A DNA stretch of 33,185 nucleotides from positions 1 through 33,185 of the forward strand of contig CAZRIR010000001.1 of NCBI GenBank assembly GCA_964600195.1, given 5' to 3'. This DNA is from an uncultured archaeon. Lineage in GTDB: Archaea; Asgardarchaeota; Lokiarchaeia; Sigyniarchaeales; SOKP01. Of the stretch, positions 1-8,795 are shown in pieces (position 1 is the first letter of the stretch; each line of letters begins with the position of its first letter). The position numbers were made by a program, and so were the translations under genes. Below the pieces are notes generated by a model. That model worked only from the letters and a program-made list of their open reading frames with translations, was not told where the DNA came from and did no database searches.

Positions 1-356
1 AATAAATAGAATAGAATTGGAATATAGTAAAGAGAAATTAAAATTATTCTTCCAAATCTCCCCAATCTTGAGGATTATATATTTAATAGTTATTTATTAG
101 GATTAAATTAAGATTAAAAGGTATATCTTATACATAAATGTTAAATTTATGCTAATTATTAATATTTTCAAATGCCACGTGAAAAATCCAAAAATCTATT
201 CAATGAATTGATTGACAATTTATATATTAAACCAATTACATAATATTTATCTAATTTAATAGCTAATATTTAGCTTAAAAATTAGTATAATTAAATCTTA
301 AAAATTTAGAATTTAGCTATAAATAAAATAAAATATAATAAAAAAGAGAATTTGTT

Positions 357-1607
357 ATGCAAATTAATCCATTTAAAATGGCGATAAATCAACTTGAAAT
401 AGTTACAAAAGAGATGGGATTAAATCCTAATTTAGTGGAGGCCCTTAAGAGGATTGAAAGAGCCCTAATTGTCTCCATCCCAATAATGATGGATGATGGT
501 AATTTGAAGATTTTTGAGGGTTATAGAGTTCAACATAATACCGTAAGAGGACCTGCAAAAGGAGGTGTTAGATTTTCTCCAAATGTAAATCTTGATGAAG
601 TCAGGGCGCTTTCGATGTGGATGACCTGGAAAACGGCAATTTTAGACTTGCCCTTAGGAGGTGCGAAGGGAGGCGTTTGCGTGGACCCAAAAAAATTATC
701 AAAAAAAGAAATTGAACGGCTTACAAGAAGATATACCACTGAAATTATAAATATCATAGGTCCTGACATGGATATTCCGGCTCCAGACATGAATACCGAT
801 GGCCAAACCATGGCTTGGATGATGGATACTTACTCGATGCAAAAAGGAAGGACGATTCCAGGCGTGGTGACGGGGAAGCCTGTAGAGATTGGGGGATCTG
901 TAGGAAGACGAGGTGCCACGGGCACGGGCATGTTTTATGTACTTGAAGATCTCTGTAAGAGAGAAAACCTTGACTTAAAAGCGATGAGTGCCACGGTACA
1001 AGGATTTGGTAAAGTTGGAAAAATTATAGCCAAAAAACTATACGATTTTGGTAGTAAAGTAATAGCGATTCAGGATTCTAAGGGCACGATTTATTCCGAA
1101 AAGGGATTGAATATAAATGAATTAATTGAATGGAAGGAACAGGGCAAATTATTAAACGAGTATAATAATGATGGTGCTAAATCAATACCAAATGAGGAGT
1201 TCTTTGGGATAAAGTGTGATGTATTAGTTCCCGCCGCAATTGAAAATCAAATTACAAGAGAAAATGCACCTGCTATTGATTGTAAAATTATTTTAGAAGG
1301 AGCAAATGGTCCTACCACTCCAGATGCGGATAATATTCTAAACAAGAAGGGAATAATTGTCATTCCCGATATATTGGCAAATAGTGGAGGAGTCTGCGTC
1401 TCCTATTTTGAATATGTTCAAGATATCAATGCATATCATTGGAAACTCGATAGAATCTATGAGGAATTGAAAAGCATCATCCTCGAGGCATTTGAGGATG
1501 TCTATGAAATATCAAAAAAGAAGAACGTGTCATTACGGACAGCAGCCTATATAATTGCTGTTTCTCGAGTCGCGAGGGCAATTGAATTGAGAGGAATTTT
1601 TCCATGA
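357..1607 (+). CDS. gdhA: Glutamate dehydrogenase (Glu/Leu/Phe/Val dehydrogenase family)
   Basis: 416-aa ORF with GPAKGGVRF and LPLGGAKGG catalytic-region motifs and a GFGKVG dinucleotide fold. Ends at TGA followed by TAG at the family-typical C terminus. Confidence 0.95.
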   Translation: MQINPFKMAINQLEIVTKEMGLNPNLVEALKRIERALIVSIPIMMDDGNLKIFEGYRVQHNTVRGPAKGGVRFSPNVNLDEVRALSMWMTWKTAILDLPLGGAKGGVCVDPKKLSKKEIERLTRRYTTEIINIIGPDMDIPAPDMNTDGQTMAWMMDTYSMQKGRTIPGVVTGKPVEIGGSVGRRGATGTGMFYVLEDLCKRENLDLKAMSATVQGFGKVGKIIAKKLYDFGSKVIAIQDSKGTIYSEKGLNINELIEWKEQGKLLNEYNNDGAKSIPNEEFFGIKCDVLVPAAIENQITRENAPAIDCKIILEGANGPTTPDADNILNKKGIIVIPDILANSGGVCVSYFEYVQDINAYHWKLDRIYEELKSIILEAFEDVYEISKKKNVSLRTAAYIIAVSRVARAIELRGIFP

Positions 1608-1658
1608 TAGATCATCCGATGGTTAATGCACTATTTTGAATATATAATCATAAACTTA

Positions 1659-1678
1659 ATATGAATTATCATTCATAT
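1659..1678. promoter_or_regulatory. Palindrome ATATGAAT-TATC-ATTCATAT abutting a TATA-like ATATAAATAA upstream of the DUF134 gene
   Basis: 8-bp perfect arms read directly from the sequence. It lies about 45 nt upstream of ATG 1723. Confidence 0.3.
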
Positions 1679-1722
1679 ATAAATAAGAGAAATAGTATTT
1701 ACTTGTGTTTCGTTGTTCAATC

Positions 1723-2142
1723 ATGGGTAGAAGAATTCGTCGAAGATGGGTCGTTAATCCCCCAAATAATGATTATTTTCTGGACGAACGACCATTGAGT
1801 GAAAGAATTGTTATATTAACACTTGCTGAATTTGAAGCGATGAGATTAAAGCATTATGTAAATTTAACTCAAAAAGCAGCAGCAGAAAAAATGGAAGTAA
1901 GTCAACCCACTTTTTCTCGTATTTTGGATAGTGCCCATAAAAAAATGACTAAGGCCATTTTTGAGGGTAAGGAAATCAAGGTCCATGGAGGCCATTTTAA
2001 TTATAGGCGTGGATTCGTGGGGTATGGATGCCTTGATTGTAATCATGAATGGGAAGATGAGACTGCATCAAAAGATAAAAAAGTAAATTGTGTAAAATGT
2101 AATTCTGTAAATGTGTATTATCTTGTTAGAGAAATTATCTAA
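1723..2142 (+). CDS. DUF134/UPF0251-type HTH protein with C-terminal zinc ribbon
   Basis: MGRRIRRRWV N terminus and LTLAEFEAMRLKHYVNLTQKAAAEKMEVSQPTFSRIL sigma-region-4-like HTH are typical of DUF134. C-terminal CLDC...CVKC is a zinc ribbon. The track starts at GTG 1705; ATG 1723 fits the family N terminus better. Confidence 0.7.
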   Translation: MGRRIRRRWVVNPPNNDYFLDERPLSERIVILTLAEFEAMRLKHYVNLTQKAAAEKMEVSQPTFSRILDSAHKKMTKAIFEGKEIKVHGGHFNYRRGFVGYGCLDCNHEWEDETASKDKKVNCVKCNSVNVYYLVREII

Positions 2143-2153
2143 TATTCTGTAAA

Positions 2154-4037
2154 TTATAGGAGATATTTAAAATCAATAGTTCCACCCTCAATTTCTTTAG
2201 ACACGTAATTAGGATGTCTTTTATTTATAATGTGCATCATTGCCCTGTTCTCAAGCAAGACTGTTCCTGAAAAATAGGTGTAATTCAATTCTTTTGCGAT
2301 GATCTCGAGATAATCGAGTAAGTAACGTGCAATATTATTGCCTCTAAATTTTTCATCTACAACAAGAGCGATTTCCGCGGTTGAGGGATCCCCTGTTTTG
2401 AAAAATCCTGCCGAGGCAATTAGTTTCTTTTCACCATCTATTTCATATTCTCCCACTAATATCATGTTTGTGGCATAATCTATACTTAAGAGGGGTTGGA
2501 CCCGCTTATGTGAAAATGAGGACGTATACGTGAAGAATCGGAGGTATCTATCTCGAGTATCCATTGAATAATAGAGTTCTTGTAACATTCTTTCATCCGT
2601 TAGCTTGACAGGTCTTATTTGAATGATTTTACCATCCGAGAGTTTCAATTTTTTCTCGTATTGTTCTGGATAAAGGCTGATTCTTCCTTCTACAGATTTT
2701 GGTAATTCTTGATCGGAGTACACGTAATTCCATTTTTTAGCGTATTCTAATAATTCCTCCCGAAAATCAGGATGGGCGATATTTATCATTTGTAATACCC
2801 GTTCTCTTATGCTCTTCCCAAATAAATCCGCGATTCCATATTCTGTTACTACATAATGAACATCCCCTCTAGTAATTACTACTCCTGAACCATTTTGGAG
2901 ATAAGGAACAATGCGCGATACGACAGTTCCATCATTCAAGGTTGCCGTGCTCGGAAGAACAGTTATTGGTTTTCCCCCATCTGATCGCCCAGCACCTCTT
3001 ATAAAATCTACCTGGCCTCCAATACCGCTATAAAATAAAGGCCCTAGGGAATCGGCATTAACTTGTCCTGTTAAATCAACCGTGAGAGCTGCATTAATTG
3101 CGATTTGCTTCTTATTCTGACTTATGATATAAGGATCATTACAATAGTTACATGGATAGAATTCCACCATGGGATTTCTATCTATAAAATCATACAACTT
3201 TCTTGAACCCATTACAAAAGAGCAAATGATTTTACCAGGATGAAGTGTCTTTTTTTCACATGTAACTACACCTTCATTTACTAAATCTACAATTCCATCA
3301 GAAAATACTTCACTATGGATGCCTAAATCTTTTTTATCCAATAATTCACTTGCGATTACATTGGGAATAATTCCTATTCCCGTTTGAATTGTAGACTCAT
3401 CCTCAATGAGAGAAGCCACAAATTTGCCTACTTTTTTTGCGATTTCATTTGGTTTACCATATTTAAACTCTACAATGTCATGTTTAGTATTTATATATGC
3501 ATCGATATCGTCCATGTGGATGAGGGAATCACCTAAAGTATGAGGCATTTTAGGATTTATTTCTGCGACCACGTGTTCCACTGATTCTGCGATAGGTTTT
3601 GCGATATCAACATTAATTCCATAACTACAATACCCATCATTATCGGGAGGACTTAGTTGTAAAAGGGCAGTTTTTACATGCATTCTTCCCCTCTTGATAA
3701 ATCGAGGAATATCTGAAAGTAACATTGGAGTGTAATCCGCCATTCCTTTTTGAATTGGCTCTCTTAGATTATCTCCTATGAAAAATGTATTGTGGCGTAA
3801 TAAATCTTCTTTTCCGCCTAGTGATTTATAATAATCCAAGTCAGACAAGTTTACGAGATGCAATATTTGTGTATCAGGTAGCCGAGGACTGAGTTCAATG
3901 AGTTTTTTAACAAGATCTACTGGTTCTGAACATCCGGATCCAATAAATACTCTGTCCCCAGGTTCAATATATTTCATTATGGCATCATCAATATTTACTT
4001 CTTTATCTTTATATCTCATTAAATTCTCGTTTGGCAA
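2154..4037 (-). CDS. Acetyl-CoA hydrolase/CoA-transferase family domain fused to a C-terminal GNAT acetyltransferase domain
   Basis: 627 aa. The N-terminal ~440 aa resemble 4-hydroxybutyrate/acetyl-CoA transferases (GIGGQVDF, SGCSEP). The C-terminal ~170 aa (IRPVKLTDERMLQELYY...FRGNNIARYLL) look like GNAT. TTG start is preceded by AGGTGA. Confidence 0.8.
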   Translation of the reverse strand: MPNENLMRYKDKEVNIDDAIMKYIEPGDRVFIGSGCSEPVDLVKKLIELSPRLPDTQILHLVNLSDLDYYKSLGGKEDLLRHNTFFIGDNLREPIQKGMADYTPMLLSDIPRFIKRGRMHVKTALLQLSPPDNDGYCSYGINVDIAKPIAESVEHVVAEINPKMPHTLGDSLIHMDDIDAYINTKHDIVEFKYGKPNEIAKKVGKFVASLIEDESTIQTGIGIIPNVIASELLDKKDLGIHSEVFSDGIVDLVNEGVVTCEKKTLHPGKIICSFVMGSRKLYDFIDRNPMVEFYPCNYCNDPYIISQNKKQIAINAALTVDLTGQVNADSLGPLFYSGIGGQVDFIRGAGRSDGGKPITVLPSTATLNDGTVVSRIVPYLQNGSGVVITRGDVHYVVTEYGIADLFGKSIRERVLQMINIAHPDFREELLEYAKKWNYVYSDQELPKSVEGRISLYPEQYEKKLKLSDGKIIQIRPVKLTDERMLQELYYSMDTRDRYLRFFTYTSSFSHKRVQPLLSIDYATNMILVGEYEIDGEKKLIASAGFFKTGDPSTAEIALVVDEKFRGNNIARYLLDYLEIIAKELNYTYFSGTVLLENRAMMHIINKRHPNYVSKEIEGGTIDFKYLL

Positions 4038-4118
4038 AGAATATCACCTTGTATTTATAAAAAATATTAAACAATAAATATATAATTAATAGTAAAATAT
4101 TTAAAAAAAAAGTATAGA

Positions 4119-4592
4119 TTACAAGACTAAAACATCACAAGGAATTTTCTTTATGACTTTTTTACTGAATGATAAGTCATGTTTTAATCTTGTTTTGGAG
4201 TGAGATCCTTGTATTCCAATGATTACTAAATCAAAATTCTGTTTTTTGACAAGTTTTTTAATGAATTCGTCAGGAACTTCATTTACTATCAATTTTAAGT
4301 CAACAGGAATTCCAGCGGTATGAAATTTTTCTTCGGTCGTGTCCAAAATCGCTTGTCCATATTCATATTGAGTGAATTCTTGTTGGATATAGGCATGTAA
4401 TTTGGATGCATTCGATTCATAACAAAAGGGAATTACGATTTGATGTTTTAAAAAATGTATTACAAAAATCTCTGATCCCCAAATTTCATGAAATTCGATA
4501 ATTTTATCAATAGCCTTATTGGCATTTTCTAAACCGTCAGTTACAAATAATATTTTTTTATACACGTTTTTCACCTCAAATTTTCTTATCAT
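4119..4592 (-). CDS. Universal stress protein family
   Basis: KILFVTDGLENANKAI...DLVIIGIQGSHSK...VIKKIPCDVLVL is a typical UspA fold signature. ATG at 4592-4590 overlaps the TGA of the upstream ORF (ATGA overlap), so I prefer it over the track start at 4646. Confidence 0.75.
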   Translation of the reverse strand: MIRKFEVKNVYKKILFVTDGLENANKAIDKIIEFHEIWGSEIFVIHFLKHQIVIPFCYESNASKLHAYIQQEFTQYEYGQAILDTTEEKFHTAGIPVDLKLIVNEVPDEFIKKLVKKQNFDLVIIGIQGSHSKTRLKHDLSFSKKVIKKIPCDVLVL

Positions 4593-4879
4593 GGATAGAG
4601 ATGTTGCATTCTCAGAAAGACTATGAGATAAGATATTAGCCAACAAATTTCATCATATTCTAACTCTGCATTAAATATCTTTTCTTTCATTATACTCACG
4701 TCATGATCCGTGTAATTGTGATACCCTTTTTCGATTGTAAGCTGGAGTTCAGATAGAGTCCAGCATAATACATCAAAGGGGAGATTTTTTTCGATTAAAC
4801 TTCTGGCTTCTACATCAACTTGAGCTTTCATTAATTTATTGTCCAATTTATCAAAACTTACTTGTTCCTGACCAACCAT
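4589..4879 (-). CDS. Hypothetical protein (96 aa), translationally coupled to the Usp gene
   Basis: Open frame with ATG start. Its stop overlaps the usp start. No recognisable motif. Confidence 0.4.
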   Translation of the reverse strand: MVGQEQVSFDKLDNKLMKAQVDVEARSLIEKNLPFDVLCWTLSELQLTIEKGYHNYTDHDVSIMKEKIFNAELEYDEICWLISYLIVFLRMQHLYP

Positions 4880-5002
4880 TATTTTATATCACCTCAAATT
4901 GGTTTTTATAATCGAATATTTTTCATTAAATAATAAATACGTATTTTGTTATTAAATCAATTTCTTACAATAATGATTAAGGATTCAAACTATTTAAATG
5001 TT

Positions 5003-5040
5003 TCGAATAATGTTCGGTTTTATAACGGAAAGTTTAAATA
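5003..5040 (+). promoter_or_regulatory. Operator-promoter module copy 1: TCGAATAATGTTCGGT, 15 nt, TTAAATA
   Basis: Palindromic CGAA-N5-TTCG core at 5003-5018 and TATA-like TTAAATA at 5034-5040. The same architecture recurs at 8274 and 22009. Confidence 0.5.
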
Positions 5041-5098
5041 GTATTCGATCCATCATTTATTTAAGAAATAATATTCTTTCATAAATTTTTATTTAAAG

Positions 5099-5290
5099 GT
5101 GATCCTTGAATATATGGAATTGCATGATGTTGTGAAAAATAAAAAAGCTCAGCAAAATAAAAATATTGAAATTTACCCACAGAAAGAAGATTTGAAAATC
5201 ATAATTGAAAATTGGAAAATTAAGAAAAAAATTGAAATATTGATTGATGCTGTTCAAAAAAAAAATGAATTCTTTCGGCGAGAACAATAA
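5099..5290 (+). CDS. Small Lys-rich hypothetical protein (63 aa from GTG 5099, or 58 aa from ATG 5114)
   Basis: It sits about 60-75 nt downstream of the TATA-like element of module copy 1, with AGGTGA upstream. The sequence is low complexity and a mirror ORF exists on the minus strand, so coding status is uncertain. Confidence 0.3.
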   Translation: MILEYMELHDVVKNKKAQQNKNIEIYPQKEDLKIIIENWKIKKKIEILIDAVQKKNEFFRREQ

Positions 5291-5328
5291 AAGTGTATTT
5301 TATATAATACTAAGATCATTCCTGAAAA

Positions 5329-6204
5329 TTAGAATTTTATTTTATGAGTCATTTTATAGGTATCAATAAAACTAGAAACGTGTAATTGAGGATAAACTCC
5401 CTCTATTGTCTTTATTTTGGTATTAATGAACTTCCATAATTCTTTTTCATTTTTCGAAACAATTTGAACGACAATATCATGATCCCCTGTTGTTGCTGCA
5501 ACTAATTGTACATCATCAAAAGAAGCGATTATATTGGCTACTGTTTCTATTTTGATGGGATCTATAGATAAACCCAATAATGCTAACGTTTTAAATCCCA
5601 CATGAAAAGGGTTAACTTGAGCATAAAATCCTTTAATAGCACCATCTTTCTGTAATTTCTGAACTCTGTTATGAATTGTGCTGGCTGCTAACCCGATTTT
5701 ATCGCTTAGTTCATTATAAGAAACTCTACAATTTTCTTGTAAGATATTTAAAATTTCTTTATCTTTTTCATCTAATGGTGAAGATTCAGTTGTTTTTGTT
5801 GTTTTTTTTATTTCTGTTTTAAACCGTTCAATGGAATAAAGGATGGAACGCATTAATAACGAAGAATTTAAATCTCCTTTTACTAGGTAGTCTTGAGCTC
5901 CTTTTTTAAGAGAATCTAAAGCCATTTCTTTCTCATCTAATCCTGTTAAAATGATAATTGGGATATTTTCATTAATTTTTAATATCGATTCAAGTGTCTT
6001 TTTTCCCTCACTATCAGGGAGATTAAGATCTAAAAGCAATATGTCAAAATGATCATTTTGTATTGCATCTAACCCATCAGAAAGTCGAGGGTGAGATTCC
6101 AATTCATAATATAAATCTTTTGACGTTTTTAATAATTCTTCTATCAAACGCACGTCGACTGGATTATCTTCTATTAAAAGAATACTGATTTTATTATTTA
6201 TCAT
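5329..6204 (-). CDS. Response-regulator receiver domain fused to an Lrp/AsnC HTH plus RAM domain
   Basis: N terminus ILLIEDNPVDVRLI...DILLLDLNLPDSEG...IIILTG is CheY-like. C terminus LDEKDKEILNILQENCRVSYNELSDKIGLAASTIHNRVQKLQKDGAIKGF followed by an AsnC-type ligand-binding (RAM) domain. Confidence 0.85.
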   Translation of the reverse strand: MINNKISILLIEDNPVDVRLIEELLKTSKDLYYELESHPRLSDGLDAIQNDHFDILLLDLNLPDSEGKKTLESILKINENIPIIILTGLDEKEMALDSLKKGAQDYLVKGDLNSSLLMRSILYSIERFKTEIKKTTKTTESSPLDEKDKEILNILQENCRVSYNELSDKIGLAASTIHNRVQKLQKDGAIKGFYAQVNPFHVGFKTLALLGLSIDPIKIETVANIIASFDDVQLVAATTGDHDIVVQIVSKNEKELWKFINTKIKTIEGVYPQLHVSSFIDTYKMTHKIKF

Positions 6205-6533
6205 TGTTATCTTACAAACACACTTTTTTTAAACTACCTAGGTAAAATCAGAATGATTTTTCATTCTATGTTATATTATATGAAAGTTAAATAAATGCCT
6301 TTCGGTCATTTGCAGTTTTTATTGAAAATTATTCGATATTAGATCAATAACACAGAAACTAAGTTGTAATCATTCGATATTTTTCTTTTGAAATTGATAA
6401 TTACAAAAATTTTTTAGGCAAATCAATTGAAGAGCAAGCTGCTTCAATGGAGGAAAGACAGGTCAAATAAATTAACTTGGTGTAGTGGCTTTAAAATTGA
6501 AAGAAAAGCTGCTAAAAAAGAGATTTAAACAAA

Positions 6534-7001
6534 TTATTCCCTATTATCAGGTAGAATTACGATTGAAAACCAGAAATTTCCAATACTTTTTACTATTTTT
6601 TCAAATTCAATAATATCTACGGGTTTTTTGATATAACAATTAGCATGAAGGTTATATGTTTTCAAAAGGTCTTCTTCCGCGTCGGAAATGCTCAAAATCA
6701 CTACGGGAATTCGCCTTAAATCGGGATCATTCTTTATTTCACTTAAAACTTCAAATCCATTTTTTTTTGGTAAATTTAAATCAAGTAAAATAAGATCTGG
6801 TTTAGATTTAACCTTATAATTCCCTTCTTTTCTAAGAAAGCGAATTGCTTCTATACCATCATTTACTACATTTAGGTTATTTGCAATTTTACTATTTTTA
6901 ATTGCAACTTGAGTTAACCGAATATCGGCGGGGTTATCTTCTACAAGTAAAATTTCAATTAATCTTGCTTTTAGATTGCTATTCATGTGTATCGAGGGCA
7001 T
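6534..7001 (-). CDS. Single-domain response regulator (CheY-like receiver)
   Basis: LLVEDNPADIRL, DLILLDLNLPKKNG, PVVILSIS and YIKKP are the receiver acidic pocket, phospho-Asp, Ser/Thr and Lys positions. Confidence 0.9.
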   Translation of the reverse strand: MPSIHMNSNLKARLIEILLVEDNPADIRLTQVAIKNSKIANNLNVVNDGIEAIRFLRKEGNYKVKSKPDLILLDLNLPKKNGFEVLSEIKNDPDLRRIPVVILSISDAEEDLLKTYNLHANCYIKKPVDIIEFEKIVKSIGNFWFSIVILPDNRE

Positions 7002-7058
7002 CTTTAGCTGTATATAATTATAAATATATTTTATCTAATTTTAATTTTTTAGTCTATC

Positions 7059-8117
7059 CTATTCGGAGATTGGGATTGAAAAGTAAAAGATCGAACCTTT
7101 TCCCATTTCAGATTTAAGCCATATTTTACCTCCATATCTCTCAACTATTTTTTTACAAATCGCTAAACCAACTCCGGATCCTGGAAATTCACTTCGAGTA
7201 TGTAAGCGTTGAAAAATTTTAAAAATTCGGTCATAATATTCCTCTTCAATACCAATACCATTGTCTTGGACTGAAAAAATCCATTCTGATTTGGTTTGAT
7301 TGGCCCCCACATGGATTTGAGGGGATTTTTGAGACACAAATTTTATTGCATTTCCAATTAGATTTTGAAATAATTGTATTATTTGAGATTTATCGACTTT
7401 TAATTCAGGTAATGGATCATTTGTGATATGTGCATCCGATTCTTCAATCGCTTCTTTTAGATTGAGTTTAACTTCTTTTAATACTTGTTCAAAATCTGTA
7501 ATTTTTAATGGTTTTTGATGAGTCGTGATTCTCGAATAATCTAAAAGGTCTCTGACCAGTTTTCTTAATCTTATTCCTCCATCTAAGATAAACGAAAGAA
7601 ATTCCTTACCTTCAGAGTCTAATTTATCAGCATGATGTTCCTCTAATAATTGTGAAAAACTTATGATTGCCCTCAGAGGTTCTTGTAAATCATGGGATGC
7701 GATATAGGCAAATTCCTGCAGTTCCATATTTGATCGTTTTAATTCTTTTAAAATATGTTTAGTTTTTTCTTCTGCCTTCAATAAATTCTCACTTAAAAAA
7801 GCAACGACAATCCCCATTATGAGTAAAAAAATAGCTCGTAAAAAATTTTCGATAATATTAAAATCAACAATATTTCCTCCATTAAAAAGAGGTAAAATGA
7901 TAATTGACAATGAAAGGATTAATGGCACAATTAAACCTTTTCTTTTCCACCAAAGACAAGACAAGATTATGGGTATGTAAAAAAAATGAGAATATACAAT
8001 CTCAATCTTTAGGATAAAAATAAAATAAATTTGTATGACAAATGATATTATGGTTAATATAATGATAATTGCTTTTTCTTCGTTTTCTTTGATCTTTACT
8101 CTAATAATATTCACCAA
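7059..8117 (-). CDS. Membrane-bound sensor histidine kinase (HisKA + HATPase_c)
   Basis: About 4 N-terminal TM helices, H-box FAYIASHDLQEPLR, N-box QNLIGNAIKF, G1 VQDNGIGI and G2 GSGVGLAICKKIV. Start is TTG 8117 or GTG 8114. Confidence 0.9.
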   Translation of the reverse strand: MVNIIRVKIKENEEKAIIIILTIISFVIQIYFIFILKIEIVYSHFFYIPIILSCLWWKRKGLIVPLILSLSIIILPLFNGGNIVDFNIIENFLRAIFLLIMGIVVAFLSENLLKAEEKTKHILKELKRSNMELQEFAYIASHDLQEPLRAIISFSQLLEEHHADKLDSEGKEFLSFILDGGIRLRKLVRDLLDYSRITTHQKPLKITDFEQVLKEVKLNLKEAIEESDAHITNDPLPELKVDKSQIIQLFQNLIGNAIKFVSQKSPQIHVGANQTKSEWIFSVQDNGIGIEEEYYDRIFKIFQRLHTRSEFPGSGVGLAICKKIVERYGGKIWLKSEMGKGSIFYFSIPISE

Positions 8118-8273
8118 TTAAATGATATTTAGTTATCGGCGTTAATTCTTTATTAATTAACATTTATTTGATCTTTTTTATATTTAAATCAATAATTTTT
8201 GATAAAAAATATTTATGATTTAATAAAATACATGCTAATTTTTAGAAGATTCTTTTGGTTTTTAAGTTTTTGC

Positions 8274-8311
8274 TCGAATTGTGTTCGGTCTTAGATCAAA
8301 ATACTTAAATA
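8274..8311 (+). promoter_or_regulatory. Operator-promoter module copy 2: TCGAATTGTGTTCGGT, 15 nt, TTAAATA
   Basis: Palindromic core at 8274-8289 and TTAAATA at 8305-8311. It lies upstream of two small ORFs and metV-metF. Confidence 0.5.
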
Positions 8312-8376
8312 TTCTTCATTATAATATTTAAATGTAGAATTTAATTCTATAACATAATTTATGAGGTAATAAAAAA

Positions 8377-8553
8377 ATGAGGAAATTTATTTGTCTCAAA
8401 CAAAAAAAAGAGCAAGTCTACAACAATTTATACCTGGAAGATTACAAGTTAGTTATAAAAATTCCTCTCATTGAAAAAGATAGAGACGATTCAGATATAG
8501 AGACTGAAAATTTTGACTTATCAAGCTATACTATTTTTATACCTTATGAATAA
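8377..8553 (+). CDS. Small hypothetical ORF (58 aa), below the ORF-track cutoff
   Basis: ATG preceded by GAGGT at about 8 nt, TAA stop at 8551-8553, translated by hand (MRKFICLKQKKEQVYNNLYLEDYKL...). No homology recognised. Confidence 0.25.
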   Translation: MRKFICLKQKKEQVYNNLYLEDYKLVIKIPLIEKDRDDSDIETENFDLSSYTIFIPYE

Positions 8554-8598
8554 ATCTTTGAAATGCAATTTTCCTAACAAAATTTGGAGATATAAAAA

Positions 8599-8766
8599 AT
8601 GGATCAAAAATTTGTTTACTATAAAAATTCTTGGTTTAAAGTATGCAATGCAATAAATTCTGATAGTGAAATATATTCACACATGAAAAATGGCTATTTT
8701 TTTCATGACATGAATGAATTGATAAATTTTACAAATGTAAGTGATGAAGAAGAAATCGAATTTTAA
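8599..8766 (+). CDS. Small hypothetical ORF (55 aa), below the ORF-track cutoff
   Basis: ATG preceded by GGAG, TAA stop at 8764-8766, translated by hand (MDQKFVYYKNSWFKVCNAINSDSEIY...EEEIEF). No homology recognised. Confidence 0.25.
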   Translation: MDQKFVYYKNSWFKVCNAINSDSEIYSHMKNGYFFHDMNELINFTNVSDEEEIEF

Positions 8767-8795
8767 TAAAATATAAAAAAAAAGAGTGGTATAAA

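Noticed and set aside
213-218. Isolated TGACAA/TTGTCA hexamers (for example upstream of gdhA) as additional operator sites
   Set aside because: At this base composition I estimate roughly 20 chance occurrences of such a hexamer in 33 kb on both strands. Only the 16-nt and 22-nt identical matches are treated as meaningful.
1605-1607. Genome-wide UGA reassignment (Trp or Gly codes) as the explanation for the in-frame TGAs
   Set aside because: TGA terminates gdhA (1605-1607, followed by TAG), metF (10395-10397) and ORF 4589..4879 at family-appropriate C termini. UGA is therefore a normal stop here and is recoded only in hdrA, at Cys positions.
5093-5287. Minus-strand 64-aa ORF mirroring 5099..5290
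   Set aside because: The Phe/Asn/Ile-rich translation is the complement of a Lys/Glu-rich frame. The promoter module and AGGTGA favour the plus strand, although neither frame is proven coding.
6902-7117. Plus-strand ORF 6902..7117 bridging the receiver and kinase genes
   Set aside because: It overlaps the 5' end of the receiver gene and the 3' end of the kinase gene on the opposite strand, and it has no motif or ribosome-binding site.
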